From positions 1-14,488 of the forward strand of contig JAVYLC010000043.1 of the NCBI GenBank assembly GCA_038741355.1: a stretch of 14,488 bases of DNA. The letters are read 5' to 3'. This document shows positions 1 through 7,768 of the stretch, piece after piece. The notes under the pieces were generated by a model that was not told the origin of the DNA, searched no databases, and saw nothing but the letters and a program-made list of their open reading frames with translations. This DNA is from Nitrososphaerota archaeon. Its GTDB lineage: Archaea > Thermoproteota > Nitrososphaeria_A > Caldarchaeales > Calditenuaceae. A program made the position numbers and the translations under genes. The first letter of the stretch is position 1. Every line of letters starts with the position of its first letter.

Positions 1-341
1 CTCTCAGGTAGAGTAGCTCGGTCCTGCCCATCTGCATTGGGTAATCCTATGTTTGGTTACGGATAAATCTTGACGGGGCCCGGCTCGCGAATGCTTAGTC
101 CCCGGCTGCCCGGAGGGTCAGATAATCTGATTATTGCATATTACTGCTTAGCTCGGTTAACTAATGTTTAAATTCTCCCAGGTCTAACTTATAATGTACA
201 GAATTCTCATTTGTAATACCTCGCTAACAGAGCTGGACCTAAGGCAATAATTTTTAGAAGCAATACACCAAAAGTCTTTGGGTTTCTGGATGGGAATAGA
301 TTAAAGCGCGCTCAAGTTAACAGCCGCCATGAGTTCTATCC

Positions 342-350
342 AAATAAAAA
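342..350 (-). terminator. Oligo-T tract (TTTTTATTT on the minus strand), a possible archaeal terminator for the IS110-like gene
   Basis: Plus strand reads aaataaaaa at 342-350, about 100 nt downstream of the minus-strand stop at 454-456. Archaeal termination typically uses runs of five or more T. Confidence 0.3.
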
Positions 351-413
351 TGGAGATAGGACGGAGGCCAGCAAAATAGACAGCATCTAGGAGCCCCAGA
401 GAAGGCCGGTGTT

Positions 414-458
414 ATTAATTGAGGGGCAGCAGAGAAAGTTCTCTACTGCCTAATTAAT
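414..458. repeat. Imperfect hairpin/palindrome spanning the stop codon of the IS110-like ORF
   Basis: GGCAG (425-429) pairs with CTGCC (446-450). AGAGAA (431-436) pairs with TTCTCT (439-444). The outer AT stem ATTAATT (414-420) pairs with AATTAAT (452-458). There is one internal mismatch and a small asymmetric bulge. Confidence 0.55.
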
Positions 459-1401
459 CTGGACACCGACCTCCCAGGGTTTTTCTCCGCTGTCTATCCC
501 GGTGCCCCCAGTCTTCCCCGGAGTTCCGATTTTTTACTATCGTCCATATTCTTCGTAGGAGTTTATACTCGTCTTTTGCTCTGTGGTGTGCGTTGTTTAG
601 TACCGCTGCTGTCAGCCTAGAAAGAGCACTCCTAGCCGGTTTATTATAGAACTTGTCTACACCTTTGCGTCCTGGGAATAGTCCGATGAATTTCCTGAGT
701 TGCTTATATGATATGCTTCTGTTAACATATAGTAATACCTCCACTAGAGCCTCCCTGGTGAGTAGATGGTTGTCGCCAGAGATTCTAAGATCTTCGACCA
801 CTTTACGGTAGGCTGGCATCCTCCTCTCCGCCTCTGTGACAATCAACCTAGCCATAACATTAATTGCCTTCTCAGTGGTCTTGACAAGCCTCATCAGAAT
901 CCTCCTCTCAGTCCCCTGCAACGCCTTAGCCCTATTTAGGAGGCTGCTATGTGTCCTTAACAGGCTTCTGAACGCGGCAGATAGCCTTCTGATAACTAGG
1001 AAATCCACATCAATTTCAATGAACAATCCAGACTCTATCCCCATCATTGCTTTGATGTCGTTTCTATTTGTCTTGGATAACCCCGTATCCTTTCTCCTCC
1101 TCGCCAATATACCAATCCTCCTTAAATAGAAGATCTTGACATCTCTTCTCAGAACATCTATGAACTCGTCCGTAAGCTCTATTGGTATTGTATCCACGTA
1201 TAGCTCGTCTCCTTCTCCAGCAGGAATCTCCGTTATGGTCCTTGCCTTGCTGAAGCACACACCATCAACAGTATATGTGTGAAAGCTCTCATTAGTCTTA
1301 CTCTTTTTATTCTTATTCGCTAGTCTGTGGATGTCAACGTAGAATCTTCTAACAGCTCTCTCGGAGTCTATGTTATAGATCTCTTTTTGGGCCTCTATCA
1401 T
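454..1401 (-). CDS. Divergent IS110-family-like recombinase/transposase homologue (RuvC-like DEDD N-domain plus Transposase_20-like C-domain)
   Basis: 315-aa ORF with ATG start, a GGAGGGGA purine tract 8 nt upstream and ATATAC TATA-like DNA further up. By-eye matches to IS110 family blocks:
- FYVDIH ~ GIDxxK
- PIELT ~ mEaTG
- SKTNRNDI ~ KTDxxDA
- RRLSAAFRSLLRTHSSLLNR ~ lReLvr.R..L.....N+l
- ISGDNHLLTREAL...QLRKFIGLFPGR ~ iPGiG..tA....qlaayaGLaPr
The first Asp of the KTD block is Asn, and the catalytic Ser-Gly is not evident. Codon composition is visibly AT-richer than neighbouring genes. Confidence 0.5.
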   Translation of the reverse strand: MIEAQKEIYNIDSERAVRRFYVDIHRLANKNKKSKTNESFHTYTVDGVCFSKARTITEIPAGEGDELYVDTIPIELTDEFIDVLRRDVKIFYLRRIGILARRRKDTGLSKTNRNDIKAMMGIESGLFIEIDVDFLVIRRLSAAFRSLLRTHSSLLNRAKALQGTERRILMRLVKTTEKAINVMARLIVTEAERRMPAYRKVVEDLRISGDNHLLTREALVEVLLYVNRSISYKQLRKFIGLFPGRKGVDKFYNKPARSALSRLTAAVLNNAHHRAKDEYKLLRRIWTIVKNRNSGEDWGHRDRQRRKTLGGRCPD

Positions 1402-1720
1402 CTATCCATCCCCTCCACTATTAGGCTAGTGTGTATATCTACTAGAATCGCCTGGTCTATTATTAGCCGTATACTCAAACCCATAACTGGCAGTAGAAAA
1501 TTCTTAAGGGTATTTAGGCCTTAGACCATTCGGTGAAAGTAACAACTCATATTTCTAGCTTTCGCACAGTTTCCTAGACTTCAGTATGGCCTCGAGCAGT
1601 TATATCTATGGCAGTTGGCAGCATTACTTCTGGTCATGACACATCTATATCTCGGTCTAGGGCGCAGATTATGAGTCTAAAGCCCTGAATAGAGAGTATG
1701 AGGATGAAGGTAATGAGGGA

Positions 1721-1945
1721 GTATCGGACGATGAGCGATTGTTCATAGAGTCGTTATTGTCTCCTAAGAATAAGAGTGATAGGCCTAGGTTTGATGACAG
1801 GCCATTCTTAACGGGATAAGGTATGTTGTGGAGACCAAATACCTTAGTACTGGTATGGCCTCAACGATGCTAAAGTGCCCCTGCACATCCGGTATCAAGC
1901 AGACCCTCCAACACTCACTGCCTACTGAAATCATATAGAGGGTGA
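1721..1945 (+). pseudogene. Remnant of an IS5/IS4-superfamily DDE transposase: N-terminal HTH region only, frameshifted and truncated
   Basis: Frame from 1721 reads VSDDERLFIESLLSPKNKSDRPRFDDRPFL, then stops at TAA 1817-1819. The next frame continues LNGIRYVVETK. These match the typical IS5-group N-terminus (sdeeW..i.plLp....GRPr.ddR..lnGIlyvlrtG). Weaker W..L and T...(K/R)..RG traces follow in other frames up to about 1945. There is no start codon and no DDE catalytic domain; the rps6e promoter follows directly. Confidence 0.5.
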
Positions 1946-1960
1946 AATGTCCTTAAGCCG

Positions 1961-1977
1961 TTTAAACCTTAAATATT
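1961..1977 (+). promoter_or_regulatory. TATA-box-like element upstream of rps6e
   Basis: TTTAAACCTTAAATATT lies 52-68 nt upstream of the TTG start. This would place a transcription start near 2000 and leave a short leader containing GGGGAGG. Confidence 0.4.
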
Positions 1978-2028
1978 GTTGAGGCGGACTCTCATGGTGC
2001 ATGGAGTCTTCAAGGGGTAGGGGAGGCT

Positions 2029-2427
2029 TTGTCGGAGAAGGCTGCAGGTCCTAGGCTGGTCCTCTCGAACCCGGAGGATGGCACGGCTAAGACCATTCCC
2101 TTGACACCACAGCAGATGAGCGTGTTGAGGGGGAAGAGGATTGGCGACGAGGTTGACGCCTCGGCCCTGGGTCTCGGTGGCGGGAGGATAAGGATTACCG
2201 GCGGCTCAGATAAGGCAGGGATTCCCATGAGGCCGGATGTCAGCGGAGCAAGGCTTGCCCGCGTAATCCTGACGCGCGGGATCGGGTTCCACGCGAGGCG
2301 GAAACCACCGTCAAAGAAGAAGAACAGGAATAGGAGGCCGCTCAAGGGGTTGAGGAAGAGGGTTACAGTGAGGGGTAACGTGATAAGCGACGACATTGTG
2401 CAGATTAACGCGGTTCTCGTCAGCTAA
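2029..2427 (+). CDS. rps6e: 30S ribosomal protein S6e (eS6)
   Basis: 132 aa. RLVLSNPEDGTAKT, GDEVDASALGLGGGRIRITGGSDKAGIPMRPDVSG and RKRVTVRGNVISDDIVQINAV fit the eS6 family. After the in-frame TAA at 1963-1965, TTG 2029 is the first in-frame ATG/GTG/TTG start codon, and the conserved RLVLSNP N-terminal block begins only 8 codons downstream of it. Confidence 0.9.
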   Translation: MSEKAAGPRLVLSNPEDGTAKTIPLTPQQMSVLRGKRIGDEVDASALGLGGGRIRITGGSDKAGIPMRPDVSGARLARVILTRGIGFHARRKPPSKKKNRNRRPLKGLRKRVTVRGNVISDDIVQINAVLVS

Positions 2428-2458
2428 ACTGGTTTGTGCCAGATATCTAGGGGGGCTA

Positions 2459-3763
2459 TCATCCCATAGCCTCAGTGGATGGATGCACTCTAGCCTCCTG
2501 AAACCTTGCCAGAAGTAGAGGGAGTATGGCGAGAGATACTATTCCGCCTATTTGAAAGACTTGTGGCGGTGAGAATCCATACGCATAGCCCCAGACCAGG
2601 TTACTGGGGAATGCTGTAACCCCCCAGATAGTCAGTATTATACCTATCAGCCTAGCCCTTTCAGCCTCGGGAACCCAATCTATGAGTGCAGCATCAAGTA
2701 TGGGCTTGGGGATTCCTTGTATTAGGCTGGTGGCGAAGACGGTGAGGGTGAGGAGCGATACAACCTCTACGGGGAGAGGGGGGAAGCCGAGTAGTATTAG
2801 AGAGGCCCCAGAGGCCGCGATGAAGGCAGACAATATGGCCCGCCGCCCAAACCTATCCGAGAGGATCCCAATAGGGGTCTGTAAGAGGAGAGTGATGCCT
2901 CTAGCCGCAGAGATTATTGACCCCCATAGGAGTGCTGAGAATCCTAGGACCCTCGTGAAGTATAATATGAGATAGGTTGAGGATAGAGCGTTGATGGCGA
3001 TCCCAAGCATGCCAAGCGCCACGACGACTGATAGAGACCTGTTCCTCAGGATTGAAACTAGTCTGGGGGCCGCGTCACTGTAGCTTGTTGCTATTATGTG
3101 CCAGACACTTGTCTTGTCTGGCTGGCCTGGAAGCGTCTCCCTCAAGAAGAATTGATAGTAAACTGCTTTTATCATGTCGGCCGAGCCGAATATCAGCCAG
3201 CCTATTCTCAGACCAGTAAGGCCCATGGACTCGTACAATAGGCCGCCCAGTATAGGCCCGCCTAGACCGACAACCCCGACGATGGTCCAGAATAATCCAT
3301 ACCCACTCGACCTGAGCCTCTCAGGTATCGAGTCAGCCAACAGGGCATATTCGGCTGGCATATAGAATCCAGCCATCGCCCTGACCACCAGTAGGATGAA
3401 TAGCACCTCCCAGCTCGGTGCAAACGCAATAAATACACCTACGAGGCCCAGCACGAAGTTCATCCGAACAGTTAAATACTTTCTTCCGTAGGCGTCGCCT
3501 ATGTATCCCCCTGGTATCCGGAGTATTAAGGCGATAAACTCTGGGAAACCGATAGCGAGCCCTATGATGAGCGGTGTGGCTCCTAGCCAATCAAGATATA
3601 ATGGGAGATACGCTATAGTTGTCCCGATTAGTGGCACAGCGATACAATACCCAATAAGCATAACTAGAAAGTTTCCTCTGAGTAAAATTCTAATAGTTTG
3701 TAGACCGGTGGAAGGATACTCATAACCGTTTTGCGGCAAGAGCCTCTTCACACTCCGGCACAT
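2459..3763 (-). CDS. MFS (major facilitator superfamily) transporter
   Basis: About 12 hydrophobic spans. MFS motif-A-like loops are present in both halves (GGYIGDAYGRKY and GILSDRFGRRA). The start is uncertain. The track ORF begins at TTG 3823. I prefer ATG 3763 (MCRSVKRLL...), which leaves about 30 residues before TM1. GTG 3751 is also possible. Confidence 0.85.
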   Translation of the reverse strand: MCRSVKRLLPQNGYEYPSTGLQTIRILLRGNFLVMLIGYCIAVPLIGTTIAYLPLYLDWLGATPLIIGLAIGFPEFIALILRIPGGYIGDAYGRKYLTVRMNFVLGLVGVFIAFAPSWEVLFILLVVRAMAGFYMPAEYALLADSIPERLRSSGYGLFWTIVGVVGLGGPILGGLLYESMGLTGLRIGWLIFGSADMIKAVYYQFFLRETLPGQPDKTSVWHIIATSYSDAAPRLVSILRNRSLSVVVALGMLGIAINALSSTYLILYFTRVLGFSALLWGSIISAARGITLLLQTPIGILSDRFGRRAILSAFIAASGASLILLGFPPLPVEVVSLLTLTVFATSLIQGIPKPILDAALIDWVPEAERARLIGIILTIWGVTAFPSNLVWGYAYGFSPPQVFQIGGIVSLAILPLLLARFQEARVHPSTEAMG

Positions 3764-3941
3764 TTTTAGATTTAAAATTTTCCACACCTTGGTGAAAAAC
3801 CTCCCAAAGGATGGTCTCAGCAACCCCGCAAGGTCTATAACAGGCTTTCATAGAGCTCCACGTGTCTCTTGATATCGTCGGCTAGGGTCCTCCTGCCGGT
3901 TCAAAAAAAGGGAAGAACTTGTAGAATCTTCACATTTTTAG

Positions 3942-3965
3942 AAAAAACCTAATTAGGTATAAAAA
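3942..3965 (-). terminator. Oligo-T terminator tracts downstream of the dioxygenase gene
   Basis: The minus strand reads TTTTT (3965-3961) and TTTTTT (3947-3942), 30-55 nt after the TAA at 3997-3995. A further T7 lies at 3909-3903. Confidence 0.45.
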
Positions 3966-3994
3966 CTTTCGAGTAATAACACGGGTGATTGGTG

Positions 3995-5050
3995 TTACTC
4001 CACCTTCTCAGGCTTCTCGGGAGCCGGCCTATACATTGGCGGCCACTTTGCTGGAAACTGCTCATCTAAGAGCCGGAGGGCCTCCTCAATCCTCCTCCTC
4101 TCAGGCTCGAGCCAAGGAGGAAGAATCAGTTTAGAGCCGAGAGACTCTGGCGCCTCGTCGACAGCGTAGCCCGGCCCGGCTGTGGCCACTTCTAGAAGGT
4201 TTCCAAACGGGTCTCTGAAGTAGAGGGACTTGAACCAGAACCTGTCGATTATCCCCGAGTGTCTTACACCGATGGAGTCGAGGGTCTGCATTATTTTCTT
4301 CTGATCCTCGTCACTCTCAACCTTAACCGCTATGTGGTGTATGCTGCCTATGCCTACGAAGCCCGTGCGGATGGATGGTTTCAGAATGTATCTGAGGAAG
4401 TCATGGTCTTCGCCTCCGAATCCTAGGATGACGGTCTGGCGGTCGTGGGGGTTCTCCCTCATAGCTATTCTCTTGAGTCCGAGAGTCTTGGAGAGGAATC
4501 GCTCAAGCAGTGCGGCATTTGTGGCGAGCGGTGATGCGTGATCCATTAAGGAGAGGCGCATGTCCTGGGTTATCCCGTCAACCTCTATCTCCTCAGAGAA
4601 CACCTCCTTCAAAGCCTCGACATCAATACTACCTTCAATCCTCGATGTAAGCTCAAGCAGAAAACCATCAGGATCCCTGAAATATATCGAGACTCTATCA
4701 TCTATGATGTGCGGCCCGCTTACTTGTAGGCCGTTTCTCTTAAGCCACGCCGCCCATTTCTGGAGTGCATCTAAGTCCTTGACAGCATAGGCTAGGTGGT
4801 GGGGCGAGCCAAGCCCCACTTGGCCGCTGACTAGGTGCGGCCATTCAAAGAACGTTATTACTGAACCACTAGACCCTTTCTCGTCCCCGTAGAATAGGTG
4901 CCTGTGGAAGATGTCGTCTTGGTTCACGGACAGCTTGACACGTCTGAGCCCTAGCACCTCGATGTAGAACCGCCTGTTAGTCCGCTCACTAGCTGTGACA
5001 AGAGTTATGTGGTGAAGCCCCTTTACAAGACCCTCTGCGATTCTGCTCAT
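3995..5050 (-). CDS. Two-domain VOC-superfamily ring-cleaving dioxygenase (MhqA/MhqE/MhqO-like; glyoxalase/bleomycin-resistance fold)
   Basis: 351 aa. N-domain: GLHHITLV...FYIEVLGLRRVKLSVNQDD...HLFYGDEKGSSGSVITFFEWP. Second domain: GSIHHIAVKV...FRDPFGNLLEV. The C-terminal LPPWLEPERRRIE tail is typical of this family. GGAGAT lies 5 nt upstream of the ATG. Confidence 0.85.
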   Translation of the reverse strand: MSRIAEGLVKGLHHITLVTASERTNRRFYIEVLGLRRVKLSVNQDDIFHRHLFYGDEKGSSGSVITFFEWPHLVSGQVGLGSPHHLAYAVKDLDALQKWAAWLKRNGLQVSGPHIIDDRVSIYFRDPDGFLLELTSRIEGSIDVEALKEVFSEEIEVDGITQDMRLSLMDHASPLATNAALLERFLSKTLGLKRIAMRENPHDRQTVILGFGGEDHDFLRYILKPSIRTGFVGIGSIHHIAVKVESDEDQKKIMQTLDSIGVRHSGIIDRFWFKSLYFRDPFGNLLEVATAGPGYAVDEAPESLGSKLILPPWLEPERRRIEEALRLLDEQFPAKWPPMYRPAPEKPEKVE

Positions 5051-5237
5051 CTAAATCTCCATACAGGAGTACCGAGCTCTTAAACGTGGTCTATCATAAA
5101 CGATTCTTGTAGACGTTTTAACCCCGCGAAGGACTAGACTGAAGCCCCTTGGTAGCCGGTCTAAGTTAATTAAGGGCTATGCCTATTTGGTGTTTAGCAG
5201 TAGTTGAATCGGCGTATTTGTGAGAGGGGCGATTATA

Positions 5238-6173
5238 ATGACTAAAGGCACCTACACGCTGGCGTATCTAGCCGCATTCCTCATCCTCCTCACACCGCTC
5301 CTCCTACCCTACATGGGGGCCGGCAGTGGGGCTGGAGTCGGAGAGCGTGTGGCCCTCGCGACTACTACGATAATCTGGGATATGGCTAGGAACGTGGCGG
5401 GCCCGGGATGGCGGGTAGAGTACATGGTTATGCCTGGCAGAGACCCGCACACCTTTGAGCCCACGCCCGGAGACATGGTTAAGGCGGCGGAGGCAGACCT
5501 TATACTCTACAATGGCTTCACGATCGATGCATGGATTCTGAGGCTAGTCACGGCTTCTTCGAAAGCAAAGGTTGTAAGAGTGACTGAGGGGCTCGAGAAA
5601 TACGCGCTACTGGTCCCGGACGGCCCTTATGCTGGGAGAATGGACCCCCACATGTGGATGGATGTCGGGCTTGCTATAAGGTATGTGGAGAGGATTAGGG
5701 ATGCATTTATCGAGGTGGATCCGGCCGGCGCCGAGGGGTATAGAGAGCGGGCAGCAAAGTATATAGAGGGTTTGAAGGAGCTTGACGCCTGGATAAGGGA
5801 GGAAACTGCGAAGATCGAGCCCTCCCGTAGGCTTCTCTTCACACAGGAGAACGCCTTCCAGTACTTTGCAAGGGCATACGGCTTCAAGGTTGTCGGATAT
5901 TTTTACTCGATGATAACCGAGCTTGAGCCCTCGCCGCTGGATGTAGCGCGCGCCCAGAAGAGGGTTGAGGGGAGTGGATTATGCGTCTTCTTCGTAGAGT
6001 CGACCCTGAGTCCTCGAGTGATGGAGGCTTTTGCTTCACGCCTCCACGGTAGGGTTGCGGGGAGGCTCTATACTGATTCCCTAGGCCCAGCGGAGCTGGG
6101 GCACGACAGCTATATCTCAATGATGAAGTATAACGTCGAGACGATTGTCAGGGAGCTGTCAAGGTGGTGCTGA
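5238..6173 (+). CDS. Metal ABC transporter substrate-binding protein (ZnuA/TroA/PsaA family; ligand pattern suggests Mn/Fe type)
   Basis: Contains DPHTFEPTPGD, DPHMWMD, TQENAFQYF and LYTDSLG blocks, and an N-terminal hydrophobic signal/anchor (TYTLAYLAAFLILLTPLLLP). The track ORF starts at GTG 5220. ATG 5238 is preferred because GAGGGG lies about 8 nt upstream. Confidence 0.9.
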   Translation: MTKGTYTLAYLAAFLILLTPLLLPYMGAGSGAGVGERVALATTTIIWDMARNVAGPGWRVEYMVMPGRDPHTFEPTPGDMVKAAEADLILYNGFTIDAWILRLVTASSKAKVVRVTEGLEKYALLVPDGPYAGRMDPHMWMDVGLAIRYVERIRDAFIEVDPAGAEGYRERAAKYIEGLKELDAWIREETAKIEPSRRLLFTQENAFQYFARAYGFKVVGYFYSMITELEPSPLDVARAQKRVEGSGLCVFFVESTLSPRVMEAFASRLHGRVAGRLYTDSLGPAELGHDSYISMMKYNVETIVRELSRWC

Positions 6174-6925
6174 TGTACTCGGTAGAGCTAGAGTCGGCGA
6201 CGCTTAGATACGACGAGGTCGTCGCGCTGCGAGATGTTACATTCAGGTCGGAGGCCGGGAGGATGCTCGCACTTATAGGGCCTAACGGGGCCGGTAAGAC
6301 AAGCATCCTCAAGATGCTCGCCGGCCTCCTCAAACCAACATCCGGGCAGGTCAGGGTACTTGGGAAAGACCCGTCGAAGACACGAGGCTTGGTCGCGTAC
6401 ACGCCGCAGAGGGAGGAGGTCTATTGGGAATATCCGCTTACTGTGAGGGAGCTTGTCGCCATGGGCACAGTAAGGAGGCGGGGGCTTTTCAGGTGGCTTG
6501 ACAGCCATGACAGCCGGGTTGATACAGCCTTGAGGCTTGTCATGCTTGAAGACCTCGCATCCCGGAAGATCTCTGAGCTCTCGGGCGGCCAGCAGCAGAG
6601 GGCTTTTCTGGCCCGTGCTATCTGCCAAGGTGGTGAGGTCTACCTGCTCGATGAGCCGATAGCAGGCCTAGACGCACCATCCGAGGCAGTCCTTCTAGAG
6701 ATCCTGAAGAGGCTCAGGGATCAGGGAAAGACGATTGTAATGGCTACACACGACATCAGCGCGACTCTGGAGATATTCGACTATGTGGCGCTTATTAGAA
6801 ATAGGTTGGTCGCATTCGGCCCTCCCAAGGAAGTGCTTACGTCTGAGAATCTTGCGAATACCTATGGCGGCTCGACCATTGCTCTACATCTTGACGACTT
6901 GGAGAAGGTGGCGGGCTGGAAGTAG
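6173..6925 (+). CDS. Metal ABC transporter ATP-binding protein (ZnuC/MntB/TroB-like)
   Basis: Walker A GPNGAGKTS, signature LSGGQQQR, Walker B VYLLDEP, H-loop ATHD. ATG 6173 overlaps the upstream TGA (TGATG), indicating translational coupling. The track lists GTG 6164. Confidence 0.95.
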   Translation: MYSVELESATLRYDEVVALRDVTFRSEAGRMLALIGPNGAGKTSILKMLAGLLKPTSGQVRVLGKDPSKTRGLVAYTPQREEVYWEYPLTVRELVAMGTVRRRGLFRWLDSHDSRVDTALRLVMLEDLASRKISELSGGQQQRAFLARAICQGGEVYLLDEPIAGLDAPSEAVLLEILKRLRDQGKTIVMATHDISATLEIFDYVALIRNRLVAFGPPKEVLTSENLANTYGGSTIALHLDDLEKVAGWK

Positions 6926-6927
6926 AT

Positions 6928-7761
6928 ATGCTCGAGCTGCTGGCCGAGCCGATGGGGTATGAGTTCATGAGGATAGCAATGGCTACGTCGATCATAGTGG
7001 CTATCACCTGCTCCATCCTCAGCAGCTTCGTAGTCCTGAGGGGGTGGGCACTGCTAGGAGACGCGGTCTCACACTCAGTCCTGCCCGGAATCGCTATAGC
7101 CCTAGCCCTCAATATACCATACGCCGCTGGTGCACTTTTAGCGGGGGTCAGCTCATCGGCCCTGATAGGCCTTGTAGAGTCTAGGACACGCATCAGGAAT
7201 GACACTGCTATAGGCGTGGTGATGACCGGTGCCTTCGCCACGGGTCTAATTCTTCTGAGCTGGATGCGCCCCACCGTAGACGTTTTCCACGTCCTATTCG
7301 GTAACCCGATAGGAGTCTCGCTAAACGACATGCACCTATCCGCGGTCATCGGCGGCTTTGTCGTCCTAACCGTGGCCATGCTGCTGAAGGAGATAGTGGC
7401 CTACACCTTCGACCCCATATTCAGCAAGGTGATAGGGATTCCAACAACCCTTCTACACTACATCCTGATGATACTGCTCTCGCTGGCCATTGTCAGCGCC
7501 CTCAACACCGTGGGAATAATCCTCGTCATAACCCTCCTCGTAACACCAGGCGCCACAGCCCAGATAATCTCCCGCAACATAACCCAGATGATCGGCACAT
7601 CCATACTCGTAGCCGTATCCTCGTCCATAGTCGGCCTCTACCTCTCATACTACCTCTCCATAAGCTCCGGCGGAGCAATAGCCGGAGTAGCCACGGCAAT
7701 CTTCTTCAGCGTCCTAGCTACTAAAACACTTATGCGGAGGCTTAGAGAGAAGAATCGATAG
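6928..7761 (+). CDS. Metal ABC transporter permease (ABC-3 family, ZnuB/TroC-like)
   Basis: 277 aa and highly hydrophobic with about 8-9 TM segments. It starts 2 nt after the ATPase stop, and its position in the operon is typical. Confidence 0.9.
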   Translation: MLELLAEPMGYEFMRIAMATSIIVAITCSILSSFVVLRGWALLGDAVSHSVLPGIAIALALNIPYAAGALLAGVSSSALIGLVESRTRIRNDTAIGVVMTGAFATGLILLSWMRPTVDVFHVLFGNPIGVSLNDMHLSAVIGGFVVLTVAMLLKEIVAYTFDPIFSKVIGIPTTLLHYILMILLSLAIVSALNTVGIILVITLLVTPGATAQIISRNITQMIGTSILVAVSSSIVGLYLSYYLSISSGGAIAGVATAIFFSVLATKTLMRRLREKNR

Positions 7762-7768
7762 GCTTGTC

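Noticed and set aside
1-37. Minus-strand ATG at 37-35 (a second at 31-29) opening a frame (MQMGRTELLYLRE...) that runs off the left edge, with a TTTATCC element about 30 nt upstream.
   Set aside because: Only about 12 codons are visible, which is too little to call a gene. It may be the start of a real neighbouring gene.
14-158. tRNA-like D-arm strings (tagctcggtc at 14-23, ttagctcggtt at 149-159) and GC-rich CCGG-containing DNA at 75-112.
   Set aside because: I could not build an acceptor stem, anticodon arm or GTTCRAATC-type T-arm on either strand. The repeated CTCGGT hexamer is short enough to be chance.
1402-1720. Short long-range complementarities upstream of the IS110-like ORF (TGGTCTA 1453-1459 with TAGACCA 1522-1528; CCTAGAC 1573-1579 with GTCTAGG 1656-1662), which might be stems of a structured RNA.
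   Set aside because: Isolated 7-mers of this kind are expected by chance in 300 nt. I cannot fold or test covariation by eye, so this is kept only as a region to test under finding 1.
2010-2396. 128-aa minus-strand track ORF antisense to rps6e. Similar antisense or shadow ORFs occur at 836-1129, 2682-2975, 3333-3590, 4332-4790, 5627-6120, 6188-6628, 6837-7379, 7714-8052, 9456-10040, 10487-10909, 11132-11476, 11564-12166 and 12530-12793.
   Set aside because: Each lies entirely inside, and opposite to or out of frame with, a gene that has strong family motifs. Their translations are low-complexity (Ser/Pro/Arg/Leu-rich), as expected for shadows of GC-rich coding DNA.
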